Source of the DNA: a virus
Lineage: Duplodnaviria; Caudoviricetes
Direction: 5' to 3' (one strand)
Virus record (IMG/VR): IMGVR_UViG_3300023174_000194
Location: 1-57,552 of that record
DNA: 57,552 bases
Positions 40,014 through 49,486 of this stretch are shown piece after piece (within the stretch, counting starts at the first letter, position 1; the number at the start of each line of letters is the position of its first letter). Under the pieces are notes generated by a model, which saw only the letters and a program-made list of their open reading frames with translations, was not told where the DNA came from and ran no database searches. A program made the translations under genes and the position numbers.

Positions 40014-40766
40014 AGGTTTTACCTCCTTGTTAATCTTAGAAGTATTAATGCCTTTAGCACTATCAACTAAGAATTTTATCATTGTTGTTTTTTCATTATC
40101 CGTTTTTTCAACGAACCCTATATTTTTCATTGGTTCACCAGAGATTGGGCTATTCTCTGATTCATTTTCTGAAACTGTTACAATTCCAGATTCTGTATCC
40201 CAAAAAACATTTTCAATTATTGTGTTGTCGCCTTTAACCATATTTACACCATCAACCTTTTCTACGGACATAATATTTGCAAACTGATTTGCTGGGGAAT
40301 CTACAAGACTCAACTCAACTAAATCATATTCTTTAATAATTCTAATTGGTGTATCTGACTTTTCGTCATAACCGTCGTCCCATTTGTTCATTCTTCCGCC
40401 AATTGAAAAACCAGTAAGAGTTCCATCTAGAACTTTTTCCCAAGTATCTTGTGCGCCTTTTGAAACATATGCAGATACATACACACCACTAAAAAACTTT
40501 TTTGATTCTGGATCAAAGTATTTTTCTGCTTTAAAATTAACCATTTTACCAACTGCTAAGGGTTGGTGCATTTCTCTAATATTTCCACGAAACTTTGCAA
40601 ATGCTTCCATTGATGCTTCTGCTGTAACGATATCCATCTGCTTGTCTAGGTTGTCAAGGGATGCAAAACCTGATACGGTTCTACGTTCTTTATCCACCTT
40701 ACTGAAAGGCAGAGAAAACCTTAGATTGTCACCTTCGGAATTCCAGTTGGCTTTAGAGATAGTCAT
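39369..40766 (-). CDS. Prohead protease fused to scaffold region
   Basis: VSGFAS..IREMH..GFSIGG..ELSLVDSPAN (HK97 protease His/Ser motifs), followed by an acidic low-complexity and coiled-coil C-terminal half. Confidence 0.9.
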   Translation of the reverse strand: MTISKANWNSEGDNLRFSLPFSKVDKERRTVSGFASLDNLDKQMDIVTAEASMEAFAKFRGNIREMHQPLAVGKMVNFKAEKYFDPESKKFFSGVYVSAYVSKGAQDTWEKVLDGTLTGFSIGGRMNKWDDGYDEKSDTPIRIIKEYDLVELSLVDSPANQFANIMSVEKVDGVNMVKGDNTIIENVFWDTESGIVTVSENESENSPISGEPMKNIGFVEKTDNEKTTMIKFLVDSAKGINTSKINKEVKPMTENTEIVAEVITTEAPVEVAKSEVALKADAKTEEVVKASTCPDCGMSMDACKCDSKSDAETEKAAKPKPDEAESAAEAAAETPADEEAEAKKKPMLPKSDEVIEGSVTKTNDDLEKAFSDLVLTVKSLQAEVEMLKSSKVDVEVVKESFTEVAKDIAAAKNEFDRFGKRVEAVEADTAFRKSGDLGEIVQDQPEMVEKSLWGGSFLKTADLLS

Positions 40767-40806
40767 GGTAGTATATATTATATGCCCCTTTTTGAGCATA
40801 TCTCAA

Positions 40807-42393
40807 TTATTGAGATGATCGCCCTTCGCCTTTTGGATTTCTTCCAGCAATAGTAGCAGAACCATCTGACTGATTGTTGGTTCTTTCGGCGTCTCTTTGA
40901 CGATCTGCTGGATTATTTGCAGCCTCTGGCTTTGCAACAACTGGATCATCGCCACCATCTCTTTGTGGCATTCCAAGAATAGTTCTTGCTTCATTAGGAA
41001 CCATAATTTGATTCTTAACATAGCGCTCAAGGATCTGAGACTGAGCAATTTCATCAGTAAGTGTAAGTTCGTTGAACTTGAAATCTAGAATATCTGTCTT
41101 TTCACGAATGATCTTATTGATCATCTTGCTTAACTTATCCTGTGCTGGTCTTGAAACCTGCTCCTTAAATGTTCTATCCTGTGCTAATGCTGCTGCAATG
41201 TTTGATGAATCTCCCCCGCCAAGTTTAGACAATGGAACCTGGTGAGCAACAAGAATGTCATCACGGTTCTGCTTACGATATTCTTTAAATGATCCTTCTT
41301 GAATTCCGTTTTCAATCGGTTCCATCTTGAACTCAACCTTATTGCCATCTGAATCTCCTGGCAATGGGATGTATAGAGTTCTATGATTTTGACCTTTAAG
41401 TCCTGTCTGCAAGAATCTAAACATCTTGTCCTCTGCCTCTGAAGATAACTTTGCACCCTTAAGAGTTACAACGTATCTAGGGACAGCCTTATTACTAAAG
41501 AAATCAATGTTGTATTGTGATGCAAGTGAGTCACCATACAAAGAGTTTATTGCTGCTAAGATATCAGGAACTCCGTAGAATGTGTTTAGTGGAGAGTATG
41601 ACTTAAAGTGAATAATCTCGTTTGGTCTTGGATCTGTTCCAAGAGGGTTTGGGTTCGTTGCTGCAAAATTACGGAAATAAATAACCTTGTTTCCAATAAC
41701 CTGAACAAAACCATCACGCAATCTTCTAATTCTAATTGTTGTTGATGGAATGTGACCGACATATCCAATTTCGCCCTTAATGGTTCTACCAACTTCTAGG
41801 TATGCGTTTCCAGTAGACTGAAGATCTGTAAAGATTTTTTCCATTGTAGATGTAAATGAATCTTCTGTGTTTAAAGATTCTAACCAATCTCTAACTTCAA
41901 TCTTTGCTCTTTCAATTCTTTTTCTTGCTCTGCCAACTGCATCGTTATCTGAAGATGACTCTAACTTTAACATTGTTCTTGCTGAAATCTCAAAGTCATA
42001 ACCAAGTCCAACAATGTTTTCTACCTTGGCATCAATGGCTGCGTGATTGGCAAATGATGTATCGTAATAACTTGCTAACTCATAAAGGTTCCATGGTGGT
42101 GTAATAACATCGAACAAACCATAACCATTTCTGTAGATAGTTCCTGGATTAATTTCTTTTGATCTTGCACCATTAATTCCAGTGCTTTCTGCTCTAGATG
42201 AGTCAATGTATGCTTGTGTTACTTCTGTCTTTGATATTCTGCTTGCTCTGCGTTTAAAGTTATTTTCTAGTCCCTCAAAAACTTTTAGATCATCCCACGA
42301 CTTATTGAATGGATCTTGCTTAATAAAAGTATCATCTGCTGGTGCAAGTTCATCGATTCTTGCTGGGATTCTATATTCTGAATTATCTGACAT
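40807..42393 (-). CDS. Portal protein
   Basis: TGNAYLEV, EIIHF..FYGVP, FFSNKAVP, AHQVP..LG, PNEARTILG. Confidence 0.92.
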   Translation of the reverse strand: MSDNSEYRIPARIDELAPADDTFIKQDPFNKSWDDLKVFEGLENNFKRRASRISKTEVTQAYIDSSRAESTGINGARSKEINPGTIYRNGYGLFDVITPPWNLYELASYYDTSFANHAAIDAKVENIVGLGYDFEISARTMLKLESSSDNDAVGRARKRIERAKIEVRDWLESLNTEDSFTSTMEKIFTDLQSTGNAYLEVGRTIKGEIGYVGHIPSTTIRIRRLRDGFVQVIGNKVIYFRNFAATNPNPLGTDPRPNEIIHFKSYSPLNTFYGVPDILAAINSLYGDSLASQYNIDFFSNKAVPRYVVTLKGAKLSSEAEDKMFRFLQTGLKGQNHRTLYIPLPGDSDGNKVEFKMEPIENGIQEGSFKEYRKQNRDDILVAHQVPLSKLGGGDSSNIAAALAQDRTFKEQVSRPAQDKLSKMINKIIREKTDILDFKFNELTLTDEIAQSQILERYVKNQIMVPNEARTILGMPQRDGGDDPVVAKPEAANNPADRQRDAERTNNQSDGSATIAGRNPKGEGRSSQ

Positions 42394-42797
42394 TAGTCAT
42401 CACTTCCATACTTTGCAATAGTGTCCTTGGCTGCTTGTACTGCTCCAAGGTCGTTCATTGAAGGAATTAGTCCTTCTGCTAGTCTTTGCTTCTGCTCAGA
42501 GTATTCTTCTTCTGAGATTCTAGTTAATCCTGGTACGAAGATGCATTCTCCATCTCCTTCGTCCCCGAAATGTTTTGCTGCTTCTTTTAGTTTTGAGATC
42601 TGCATAATGTCTCCACGCATTGACTCAATGTTTAAAACAGAGCCAGTTCCGTCTGTAAACCATTTTCCATTAGACTTTTTGTAAACATACAAACCCCACT
42701 CATAGTGCTTTTCAATAATTTTTGCACGGGACTCGCCAATCTGCCCCTTCATTTTAGGTAATGGCTTACGCTTTTTCTTTGGATTTTCTGGATTCAT
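42393..42797 (-). CDS. Hypothetical protein upstream of portal
   Basis: ATG 42797 lies 7 nt after TGGTATACT (42805..42813); TAATG-coupled to portal. Confidence 0.75.
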   Translation of the reverse strand: MNPENPKKKRKPLPKMKGQIGESRAKIIEKHYEWGLYVYKKSNGKWFTDGTGSVLNIESMRGDIMQISKLKEAAKHFGDEGDGECIFVPGLTRISEEEYSEQKQRLAEGLIPSMNDLGAVQAAKDTIAKYGSDD

Positions 42798-42815
42798 AAC
42801 CATAAGTATACCATA

Positions 42816-45800
42816 TTATACTGGTGTAGAGGTGCTTTGTTGCCATGATATTTCCTGATAAAAATTATATTCGTAGCCTTTTAGGGTAACCTTTTTGTCA
42901 GTATCAATGATTATCTTATTAGTTCCAGTATAACTCTTATAGATTATGTCAGGATCTACGCCATAGAAACTCTTGGTCGCAAGAACTAACATTCCTCCCC
43001 AGCGATATGCGGGTGTCCAAAAATCCCAATCTAGCGTCTCGGCGCCTGCATACTTAACTCTAAACCACTTTCTAAATGATGTCTGTTGAATCTCCTGGAG
43101 AGTTGTTGGCTGGTAATACGAAATCACATTAAATGTTAACGGTCCAGTTATTCTTATTGCTCCAGCAGTACTGTCAAAATTTAATATTCTTGAAAAAGAT
43201 ATTCCTAAGAATGCCCATTCCTTAACTGTAAGTACTGGATCTTTAACTACCTTGCCATTAAGATAGAACAAGATACCATTTTCATATTGTCCAGTTTTAG
43301 AGTTAATGGCATAAACTGTTCCTCTTTTTCCATCGGAACTATTTGCAACAATAAAGAATTTTAGATGTTGGTCTTTTGATTCTACCTCAAATATTGGTGT
43401 CGGGCTATATGGGAAAAAATCTTGGTCAAAACGAACCGCTGCTTGCATTGCTATAACACTATACTTATTTGAAAGACCTTGATTTATTGGAATTGAAAGT
43501 CCACGACTTACTGCTGAATTAAAATCACCACGAAGAGTTATTCCACTATTTCTAGTTAAGAACAAATAAGGACTACTCTTTTTATATATTGTAAATGGGT
43601 TCTTAGACTTGTAGTTGTAATAATAACCTGATTTTCTATAAGGATATATCTGTGTTCCAAATCTTGTTCCAACTGGATTTGGAGATGACTCATTAAATGC
43701 TTGTGAAGAATACTCTAAAGTTTTTATTTTAATGTCGTGAGTTAAGATTCCATCAATTTCAAAGTCTAACCTTGTTACCATTGCAATTTTTGAAGTGTCT
43801 TCTGCTGGTGGATAGATAACCATATTATCTACAACTTCATATTTTGTTCTTATCCAATCAGACTCTGGGGAGACAACTCCATCAGTTGATGCTGGTACAA
43901 ATTTTGTAAAATATGAATCTGAAGTATTTATACCAGAAGAAATATACTCAAAGTTAATGTAAGACTTTACGTATGAAGCAGATGTATCAAATTTGTAAGT
44001 TTTAGATACTTTATTTTTTAAATCTTCATAGTCGTTATATCCAGTAAAAAGTTCATTTCCTAATGCATCATAGTTTCTCTGTATAGGGAAAGAGTATTCT
44101 CCAGAAAGAGAAGGAATAGTTTCTTCGTTACTCTGTCCAGGATTGACTACAGTTGGAACACCATACTTCCAAGAAACTGGAGTTGCTGGAACTTCTAGAT
44201 ATCTAGACGGTGCTGGATAGTCAATGTTAAACTGAATAAAGTCTAAGTCATAATAATCTTCATTATTTATATCTTTTACATATTCTGACAAATAGGACAA
44301 AGGAAGATAATCTTTCCAGGATGATCTAACGGCAATATCAAAGTAATAGTTATTAAAATATTCTTTAACAATGAGAGTATAACTTGCGATATGATTTATC
44401 ATTCTATAAACTGGGTATCCGTTTGGGGCACCGCCATCTAGAAAGTATTGCCAAAAATTTGGATCAGTCCCAGTATATTCTCCAGCGTCAATGTCCAGAT
44501 TAGAATAATATAAGTCAAAGACATCTTCGTATTCTAAAAAGCAACCTTTTGCATTAAATAATGTTTTGATTAGTTCTAAGTTTGTTGCATTGCAAAGTCC
44601 AACTTTGTATATTTTTCCATGAAAACTTTTTGCAAAATCTTTTGTTCCACCTATATACAGTTTTAAAGAAGACCTATTTCCAAAAAATGACAACACGTTT
44701 CTTCCAAAGAAATCTGCAAACTTTTCAATATCTAATCCAACGGGAAATAATTCTCCAACCTGGACCTGTTGCATTGTGTACACAGTCTCAAGTTCTCCAT
44801 TGTAAAAAATATTGTATTTTATATTTGATCCATTCATAACTATTGAAAAATAGTTTGATGTATTTTCTTGCTCAATGTGGACAATGGTTTCGTCTAAAGA
44901 TGGAAGCACTGTTGGTTTTATAATAACGTAAAGGGCTTTTAAGTCTTCTTGTAATATATTAAAACCATCAAACTTTAAATAACCATTGTGTGACCAATAG
45001 TCTGCTGGCTTAAAAGTAAAAAAATTATCTGCTTCTGTTTGAAATGCAGAAGAAAATACAAAATTAGTTAGACCAACTGCCTCTACACCGTTTACAACAA
45101 GTTCTGGAACTTTGTAATCAGGAACAGATAGTTTGTTATTTTTAATAATTAGATTATTTAAAACACCTTGGTTCCATTTACCTAGGTCTGGATAAATATA
45201 ATTGTTTGTGTAGTCTGCATATTGATAATCAATAAACACAGAAGATCCACTATAGGCCGTATTTATATTTTCTGGAAAGTCTACTCCCTGACCATAAACA
45301 AATCTTCTTTTTGCAACCACGGGTGGAACTTTGTATGAATATATTGCTACCGCATCTATTTCTACTGGAGACACATCTTCATAAGAATAAAAACACAGCG
45401 TTTCATCGTCTTCTGATTCTGGAAAAATTAAATCGTATGCGTCAAATGTCATTGAGCAAACCTCATCGCCATTGAGCAGCAGGCTTGCTCCTTTTGATCC
45501 ATACACGATATCTATTAGCATAGGTTTTCCCCACTCACCTACATAGTGTGTTGCAATGTTGTTATTAATTTTTAATATAAGTGAGGTTCCGTCAACCCAA
45601 AGACCATCATCTGATGTATCCTTGCCAAATATTTTTCTTGGGACAATCGAGTCACTAGTAACCCTTAGCCACATTTCAAATGTATAGTCTTTATACTTTC
45701 CGCTTTCATGTAAAAAGCCTTTTGCTGGTATTACCAAACATGGATCTCCGCCATTATCAACAAGTTTTGTTATTCCACTTGCTCCGTAGACTAAAGGTAT

Positions 45801-46532
45801 TCCTGTATTCTTTGCAACAAGAGATCCGTTGCTTACAATGTAGTATCCGTAATCACTTGATAGTCCATAAGAGTCTGCTGCTACTCCATATTTACCTGGC
45901 AAAAGTGGTACGGGAACTTTAGTAACACCCAAAGATGTAGAGTTAAACTCTTCTGACCATTGTCCAAGGCTTAGACCATTTAAACTAAAGTTATATTCAT
46001 TTTCAAAATCATCTGTAAAGAAGTAGTTTATTTTAATAACAATTCTCATAGTTGTATTTTGATCTGGTACATCAAAGGTTTCTGATATAAATGCCCACTC
46101 CTTGCTTACTGGAGATAGAAAAGATTTTAGGTGCTGGATTATTTTTCCAGAAGAAGTGTCATAATATTCATAGCCAATCTGAATTCCAGAAATTGCTGCT
46201 GTGTCTGAGTAAAAATATGTTCCAATAGAAAATGTTTTTAGATCCTTATTCATGTCAGAAAAATTAATAATATCATCGGTTACGCATACGATTTCGCTGA
46301 ATGACTCATTGCCAATTCTAGCATTAAGAGTGTTTGTTATACTGGTTGGGAATGGAGAGGTTTTTAGAAATGCTCTTTCTACTAAAGCGCCATCTGTTTT
46401 CTGCCAGTTAGCAGAAGATCTTTGACTCTCTGTAATTAAAGAAAGATAGTCTGCTTTATCATCTAATGCCCACAAAGCAATTGGGTGTTCTGAAAACACC
46501 TTTTCTGCATATAGGTTTGATGAGGTAGACAT
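42816..46532 (-). CDS. Large virion protein with LamG/ConA-like beta-sandwich domains
   Basis: HPIALWALDD and YTFEMWLRV..LLLNG..IDAVAIY LamG patterns; 1238 aa; promoter-like TGGTAAAAT at 46542..46550. Confidence 0.65.
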   Translation of the reverse strand: MSTSSNLYAEKVFSEHPIALWALDDKADYLSLITESQRSSANWQKTDGALVERAFLKTSPFPTSITNTLNARIGNESFSEIVCVTDDIINFSDMNKDLKTFSIGTYFYSDTAAISGIQIGYEYYDTSSGKIIQHLKSFLSPVSKEWAFISETFDVPDQNTTMRIVIKINYFFTDDFENEYNFSLNGLSLGQWSEEFNSTSLGVTKVPVPLLPGKYGVAADSYGLSSDYGYYIVSNGSLVAKNTGIPLVYGASGITKLVDNGGDPCLVIPAKGFLHESGKYKDYTFEMWLRVTSDSIVPRKIFGKDTSDDGLWVDGTSLILKINNNIATHYVGEWGKPMLIDIVYGSKGASLLLNGDEVCSMTFDAYDLIFPESEDDETLCFYSYEDVSPVEIDAVAIYSYKVPPVVAKRRFVYGQGVDFPENINTAYSGSSVFIDYQYADYTNNYIYPDLGKWNQGVLNNLIIKNNKLSVPDYKVPELVVNGVEAVGLTNFVFSSAFQTEADNFFTFKPADYWSHNGYLKFDGFNILQEDLKALYVIIKPTVLPSLDETIVHIEQENTSNYFSIVMNGSNIKYNIFYNGELETVYTMQQVQVGELFPVGLDIEKFADFFGRNVLSFFGNRSSLKLYIGGTKDFAKSFHGKIYKVGLCNATNLELIKTLFNAKGCFLEYEDVFDLYYSNLDIDAGEYTGTDPNFWQYFLDGGAPNGYPVYRMINHIASYTLIVKEYFNNYYFDIAVRSSWKDYLPLSYLSEYVKDINNEDYYDLDFIQFNIDYPAPSRYLEVPATPVSWKYGVPTVVNPGQSNEETIPSLSGEYSFPIQRNYDALGNELFTGYNDYEDLKNKVSKTYKFDTSASYVKSYINFEYISSGINTSDSYFTKFVPASTDGVVSPESDWIRTKYEVVDNMVIYPPAEDTSKIAMVTRLDFEIDGILTHDIKIKTLEYSSQAFNESSPNPVGTRFGTQIYPYRKSGYYYNYKSKNPFTIYKKSSPYLFLTRNSGITLRGDFNSAVSRGLSIPINQGLSNKYSVIAMQAAVRFDQDFFPYSPTPIFEVESKDQHLKFFIVANSSDGKRGTVYAINSKTGQYENGILFYLNGKVVKDPVLTVKEWAFLGISFSRILNFDSTAGAIRITGPLTFNVISYYQPTTLQEIQQTSFRKWFRVKYAGAETLDWDFWTPAYRWGGMLVLATKSFYGVDPDIIYKSYTGTNKIIIDTDKKVTLKGYEYNFYQEISWQQSTSTPV

Positions 46533-46557
46533 TGTAAGTCTATTTTACCACAGAACG

Positions 46558-48591
46558 CTACTTGTTTATTTTAATTTCACAGTAGTCTGTAGTGCAATAT
46601 GATTCACCTTGAGCCTCAAGATTATCTACACCGTCGTAAATTGCAGAAAAGTCAATATGTTTTAATTTGCCAATATAGGACTCGTATTGCTCTTCAGTAA
46701 TACCTGTGTATGGCTGTTGTGGATAAACTGTGTTTCCCATTGGTAAGAATGAGACAGCCTTTAATTGTCCCTCGTACATATTAAGTGCTGGAACAATATG
46801 CTTTGACTCTGTTTCTTTGTCAAATGAAAGTGTCACAGAAACTCCATTGTCAGACCAATACTTTTGAGCAGTTGCTGCAAGAGCAATCTTTTCAAATAAT
46901 GTTACATCTTTTTCAGATCGTGGATGACCTGATTTAATTGGGAAGTAAACTACTGATGTGTTTGCTGATACTACGTCATCCTCAATTGTGTACCCTGCTG
47001 CTTTGAATAAATGAATCATTGGATCTGTGTTTCCAAAACGAACGGCACGAAGGAAGAACTCTCCTCCAGGTCCCCAGTGAACTCCAGGAGTTGCACCAGA
47101 AAGAATTGAAACTGATCCTGATGGCTTAACTGTTGTTACACGAATTGATTCACGAACACATAGCCACTCAGAGTACTGATGATCATAGTGACGAATCTTA
47201 TTGTATCCTTCATCCATCCACTCACGAACAATTGGCAAACCTTTTTGATCTGCAAATGATGCAATACCAGTAAGTGATGTACCAATACGACGGTTGCGTT
47301 GCATGATACCGTTTGTTTGTGGCCAGTGTGTTGGAACAAGTGTTACAGTTTTTCCATATAGGTATGCAAACTTCAGGGTACGCAGGAAGTCCTCCTTAGA
47401 TTCATGACGATTCAAGTGCACTTCTACAAGTGTACATAATTCATATGATTCTAATGGCTGCTCCGCACATGGATTAAAGCCCATCACACGATAGTCTTTT
47501 CCATCTGGCGCATCCTTTAGTCTGCCATAATTACGAGCAACATCAAGCCATATAAAACCTGGCTCTCCGTTCTCTGTAACTAAATCTACATAGTCTTCGT
47601 ACTTTGTTCCTACTTCTGCTGAAATAGAATTATTAGACATCCATGCCCACCCTGGATTTTCTGGATCAAATGAGTTGCGCTCTGGGAACATTTCTGAATT
47701 CTTTAGGTTCATAAATGTCTCATCCCCCGCATTACCCAAAGCAAGAGTTGCAGACCTGCGAACATTGCCTGATACCACACAGGTACCAATGAGGTTTACA
47801 AGGTCTACGATAGCACGAGAGTCTAGTGTTTCACCTGCTCTGGAGCCGATTACACGGTCTATATGGTCGTGCAACTTAATAAGAGGTGCAGGCCCTGATG
47901 CAACGCCTCCAAAGCCCTTTATGGGCGCCCCAAGGGGTCTGATCAAATCATAGTTAAATTTCTGAATACTTTGGTTTGCTCTGAGGTAAGAGTTGATTAG
48001 AATTCTAACTGACTCTACCCATCCCTCACGAGTGTCTGGGATTTCGAACACCTGTTCGGGTTCTGTCGGAGCATAGATTGAGAAATGCTTATCCTGTCCT
48101 ACTGTATCAAACCCTACACCAATACCAAGCATCAATGCATCCATAACCCAAGCAAACAATGCTCCTGGATCATTCTTGTCAAGGTCTTTGGTAGATACCA
48201 TTGCACAGTTTTGTAGTGCTGCTGAGTTTTTCTTCTCCATAGTCATAGGAGTTCCAAATGCCCACATACCTCGTCCTGGTGGTGTCCACTTCAATTCAAA
48301 CATTCTTTGAAATGCTTCTTGTGCAGACTTCTGAGCCTTGTAGTCATTCCAAGGTAAACGATTTTCTTTAGCATGATTTTTTTGAACTGAATACATACCC
48401 TCGATTACACGACGACAAACCTCATGCCATCTTTCTTTAGTTCCATCTTCTTTCATGCGAGAATATGTACGAATAAAAGTAATTTCTCCAAGTGAATTTT
48501 CTGCTGCATCCTTAAACCCAAATGGGCTTTCTTGGTTCTTGTATTTTTCTACGAAATCCTCTGGAAGTTTAAAACTAAAAAAATCTGACAT
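46558..48591 (-). CDS. nrdJ: Class II adenosylcobalamin-dependent ribonucleotide reductase (monomeric RTPR-like)
   Basis: PPGRGMW, LQNC, VVSGNVRRSA, NPCAEQ, TTVKPSGS, and C-terminal CTTDYC redox pair. Confidence 0.93.
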   Translation of the reverse strand: MSDFFSFKLPEDFVEKYKNQESPFGFKDAAENSLGEITFIRTYSRMKEDGTKERWHEVCRRVIEGMYSVQKNHAKENRLPWNDYKAQKSAQEAFQRMFELKWTPPGRGMWAFGTPMTMEKKNSAALQNCAMVSTKDLDKNDPGALFAWVMDALMLGIGVGFDTVGQDKHFSIYAPTEPEQVFEIPDTREGWVESVRILINSYLRANQSIQKFNYDLIRPLGAPIKGFGGVASGPAPLIKLHDHIDRVIGSRAGETLDSRAIVDLVNLIGTCVVSGNVRRSATLALGNAGDETFMNLKNSEMFPERNSFDPENPGWAWMSNNSISAEVGTKYEDYVDLVTENGEPGFIWLDVARNYGRLKDAPDGKDYRVMGFNPCAEQPLESYELCTLVEVHLNRHESKEDFLRTLKFAYLYGKTVTLVPTHWPQTNGIMQRNRRIGTSLTGIASFADQKGLPIVREWMDEGYNKIRHYDHQYSEWLCVRESIRVTTVKPSGSVSILSGATPGVHWGPGGEFFLRAVRFGNTDPMIHLFKAAGYTIEDDVVSANTSVVYFPIKSGHPRSEKDVTLFEKIALAATAQKYWSDNGVSVTLSFDKETESKHIVPALNMYEGQLKAVSFLPMGNTVYPQQPYTGITEEQYESYIGKLKHIDFSAIYDGVDNLEAQGESYCTTDYCEIKINK

Positions 48592-48628
48592 AATGTGTAT
48601 CGTCCTTTCAAAAACGGAATAAGTTATA

Positions 48629-48661
48629 AGTATAGCAGAGTTTTATGAAAAGCAAAACTCT
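48629..48661 (-). promoter_or_regulatory. Extended -10 TGCTATACT with abutting inverted repeat
   Basis: AGAGTTTTG-CTTTTCA-TAAAACTCT (48637..48661) runs directly into TGCTATACT. It could be a terminator for the upstream gene or an operator. Confidence 0.55.
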
Positions 48662-48704
48662 ACCTAAAGTGTTAGTTGATAGTTATTGTTTTTTGTAAAT
48701 AGTC

Positions 48705-49448
48705 TTACTTAAAGACTTTTCTGTGCCAGTGTTTTACTCTATATCCATTTTGAAACATTGATCTTACAACTCTGCGCTGTAGATTTGTTTTTTCTGGATC
48801 CCATTCCTTGTCTAATTCCATGGACCAATCTTCACGCTTAAATGGAAACACCTGTGCTAATGGAGTTCCTTGCTTTATAACTCCCTTGAAATTTTTCTTA
48901 ACAAAGAATGATAGATGTCCATCTGAAAAGAATTCATCGGTATCAATAATTGCTTCTACTGCTTGTAATGGTGATGGAGGTTGGTGCATAGGTTGCATAA
49001 ATAGTGTGCTATATCCTGGTGGAGTCTTTACCATCCATGTAGGGTGAATTCTAAAAACTTGATTAACATAAATCCCTGCATCCATTGGGAACCTTGATAT
49101 TTGCTCTGAAGAATGATGTGCAATTAATTCTTGTTGGAATCTTTGCATTTCCCCTGGCAATTGTACCTCAAATTTACCATCCGTTGTATCTACATAAATG
49201 TCTACTGGCACTTTTAATATATATCCTACAGACATGGCATCAAAAAATGCTTGACACTTTTTTACCGTTAACTTAAATGATCCATTTTGAGGTGTGTCTT
49301 CGTTTGGTCCAGAAATACTTGGCTGATCTTTATACCATTGTGGAACATTTTTTGTACCTGGTTCTGGCAATGGAAAAACATCAACTAGATGTGGATAGGC
49401 TTGAAGAAAAGTGATTTTGTTGGTATTATTAGTATTATGTTTTTTCAT
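48705..49448 (-). CDS. Uncharacterised enzyme-like protein (DUF6065 / dUTPase-fold-like)
   Basis: KKCQAFFDAM..GY, W..KTPPGYSTLF..P, IIDTD, GTPLAQVFPFKREDW. Family name from recall, unverified. ATG lies 6 nt after TGGTATACT. Confidence 0.55.
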   Translation of the reverse strand: MKKHNTNNTNKITFLQAYPHLVDVFPLPEPGTKNVPQWYKDQPSISGPNEDTPQNGSFKLTVKKCQAFFDAMSVGYILKVPVDIYVDTTDGKFEVQLPGEMQRFQQELIAHHSSEQISRFPMDAGIYVNQVFRIHPTWMVKTPPGYSTLFMQPMHQPPSPLQAVEAIIDTDEFFSDGHLSFFVKKNFKGVIKQGTPLAQVFPFKREDWSMELDKEWDPEKTNLQRRVVRSMFQNGYRVKHWHRKVFK

Positions 49449-49454
49449 AATACA

Positions 49455-49470
49455 AGTATACCACTAGTGG
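49455..49470 (-). promoter_or_regulatory. Extended -10 TGGTATACT (leaderless) overlapped by palindrome CCACTAGTGG
   Basis: CCACTAGTGGTATACT TGTATT ATG. Confidence 0.6.
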
Positions 49471-49486
49471 ATAATCCTTGCAATTC

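Noticed and set aside
39562-40818. Plus-strand ORFs of 241 and 144 aa
   Set aside because: They are antisense to the protease/scaffold gene, their composition mirrors its codons, and the window is otherwise entirely minus-strand.
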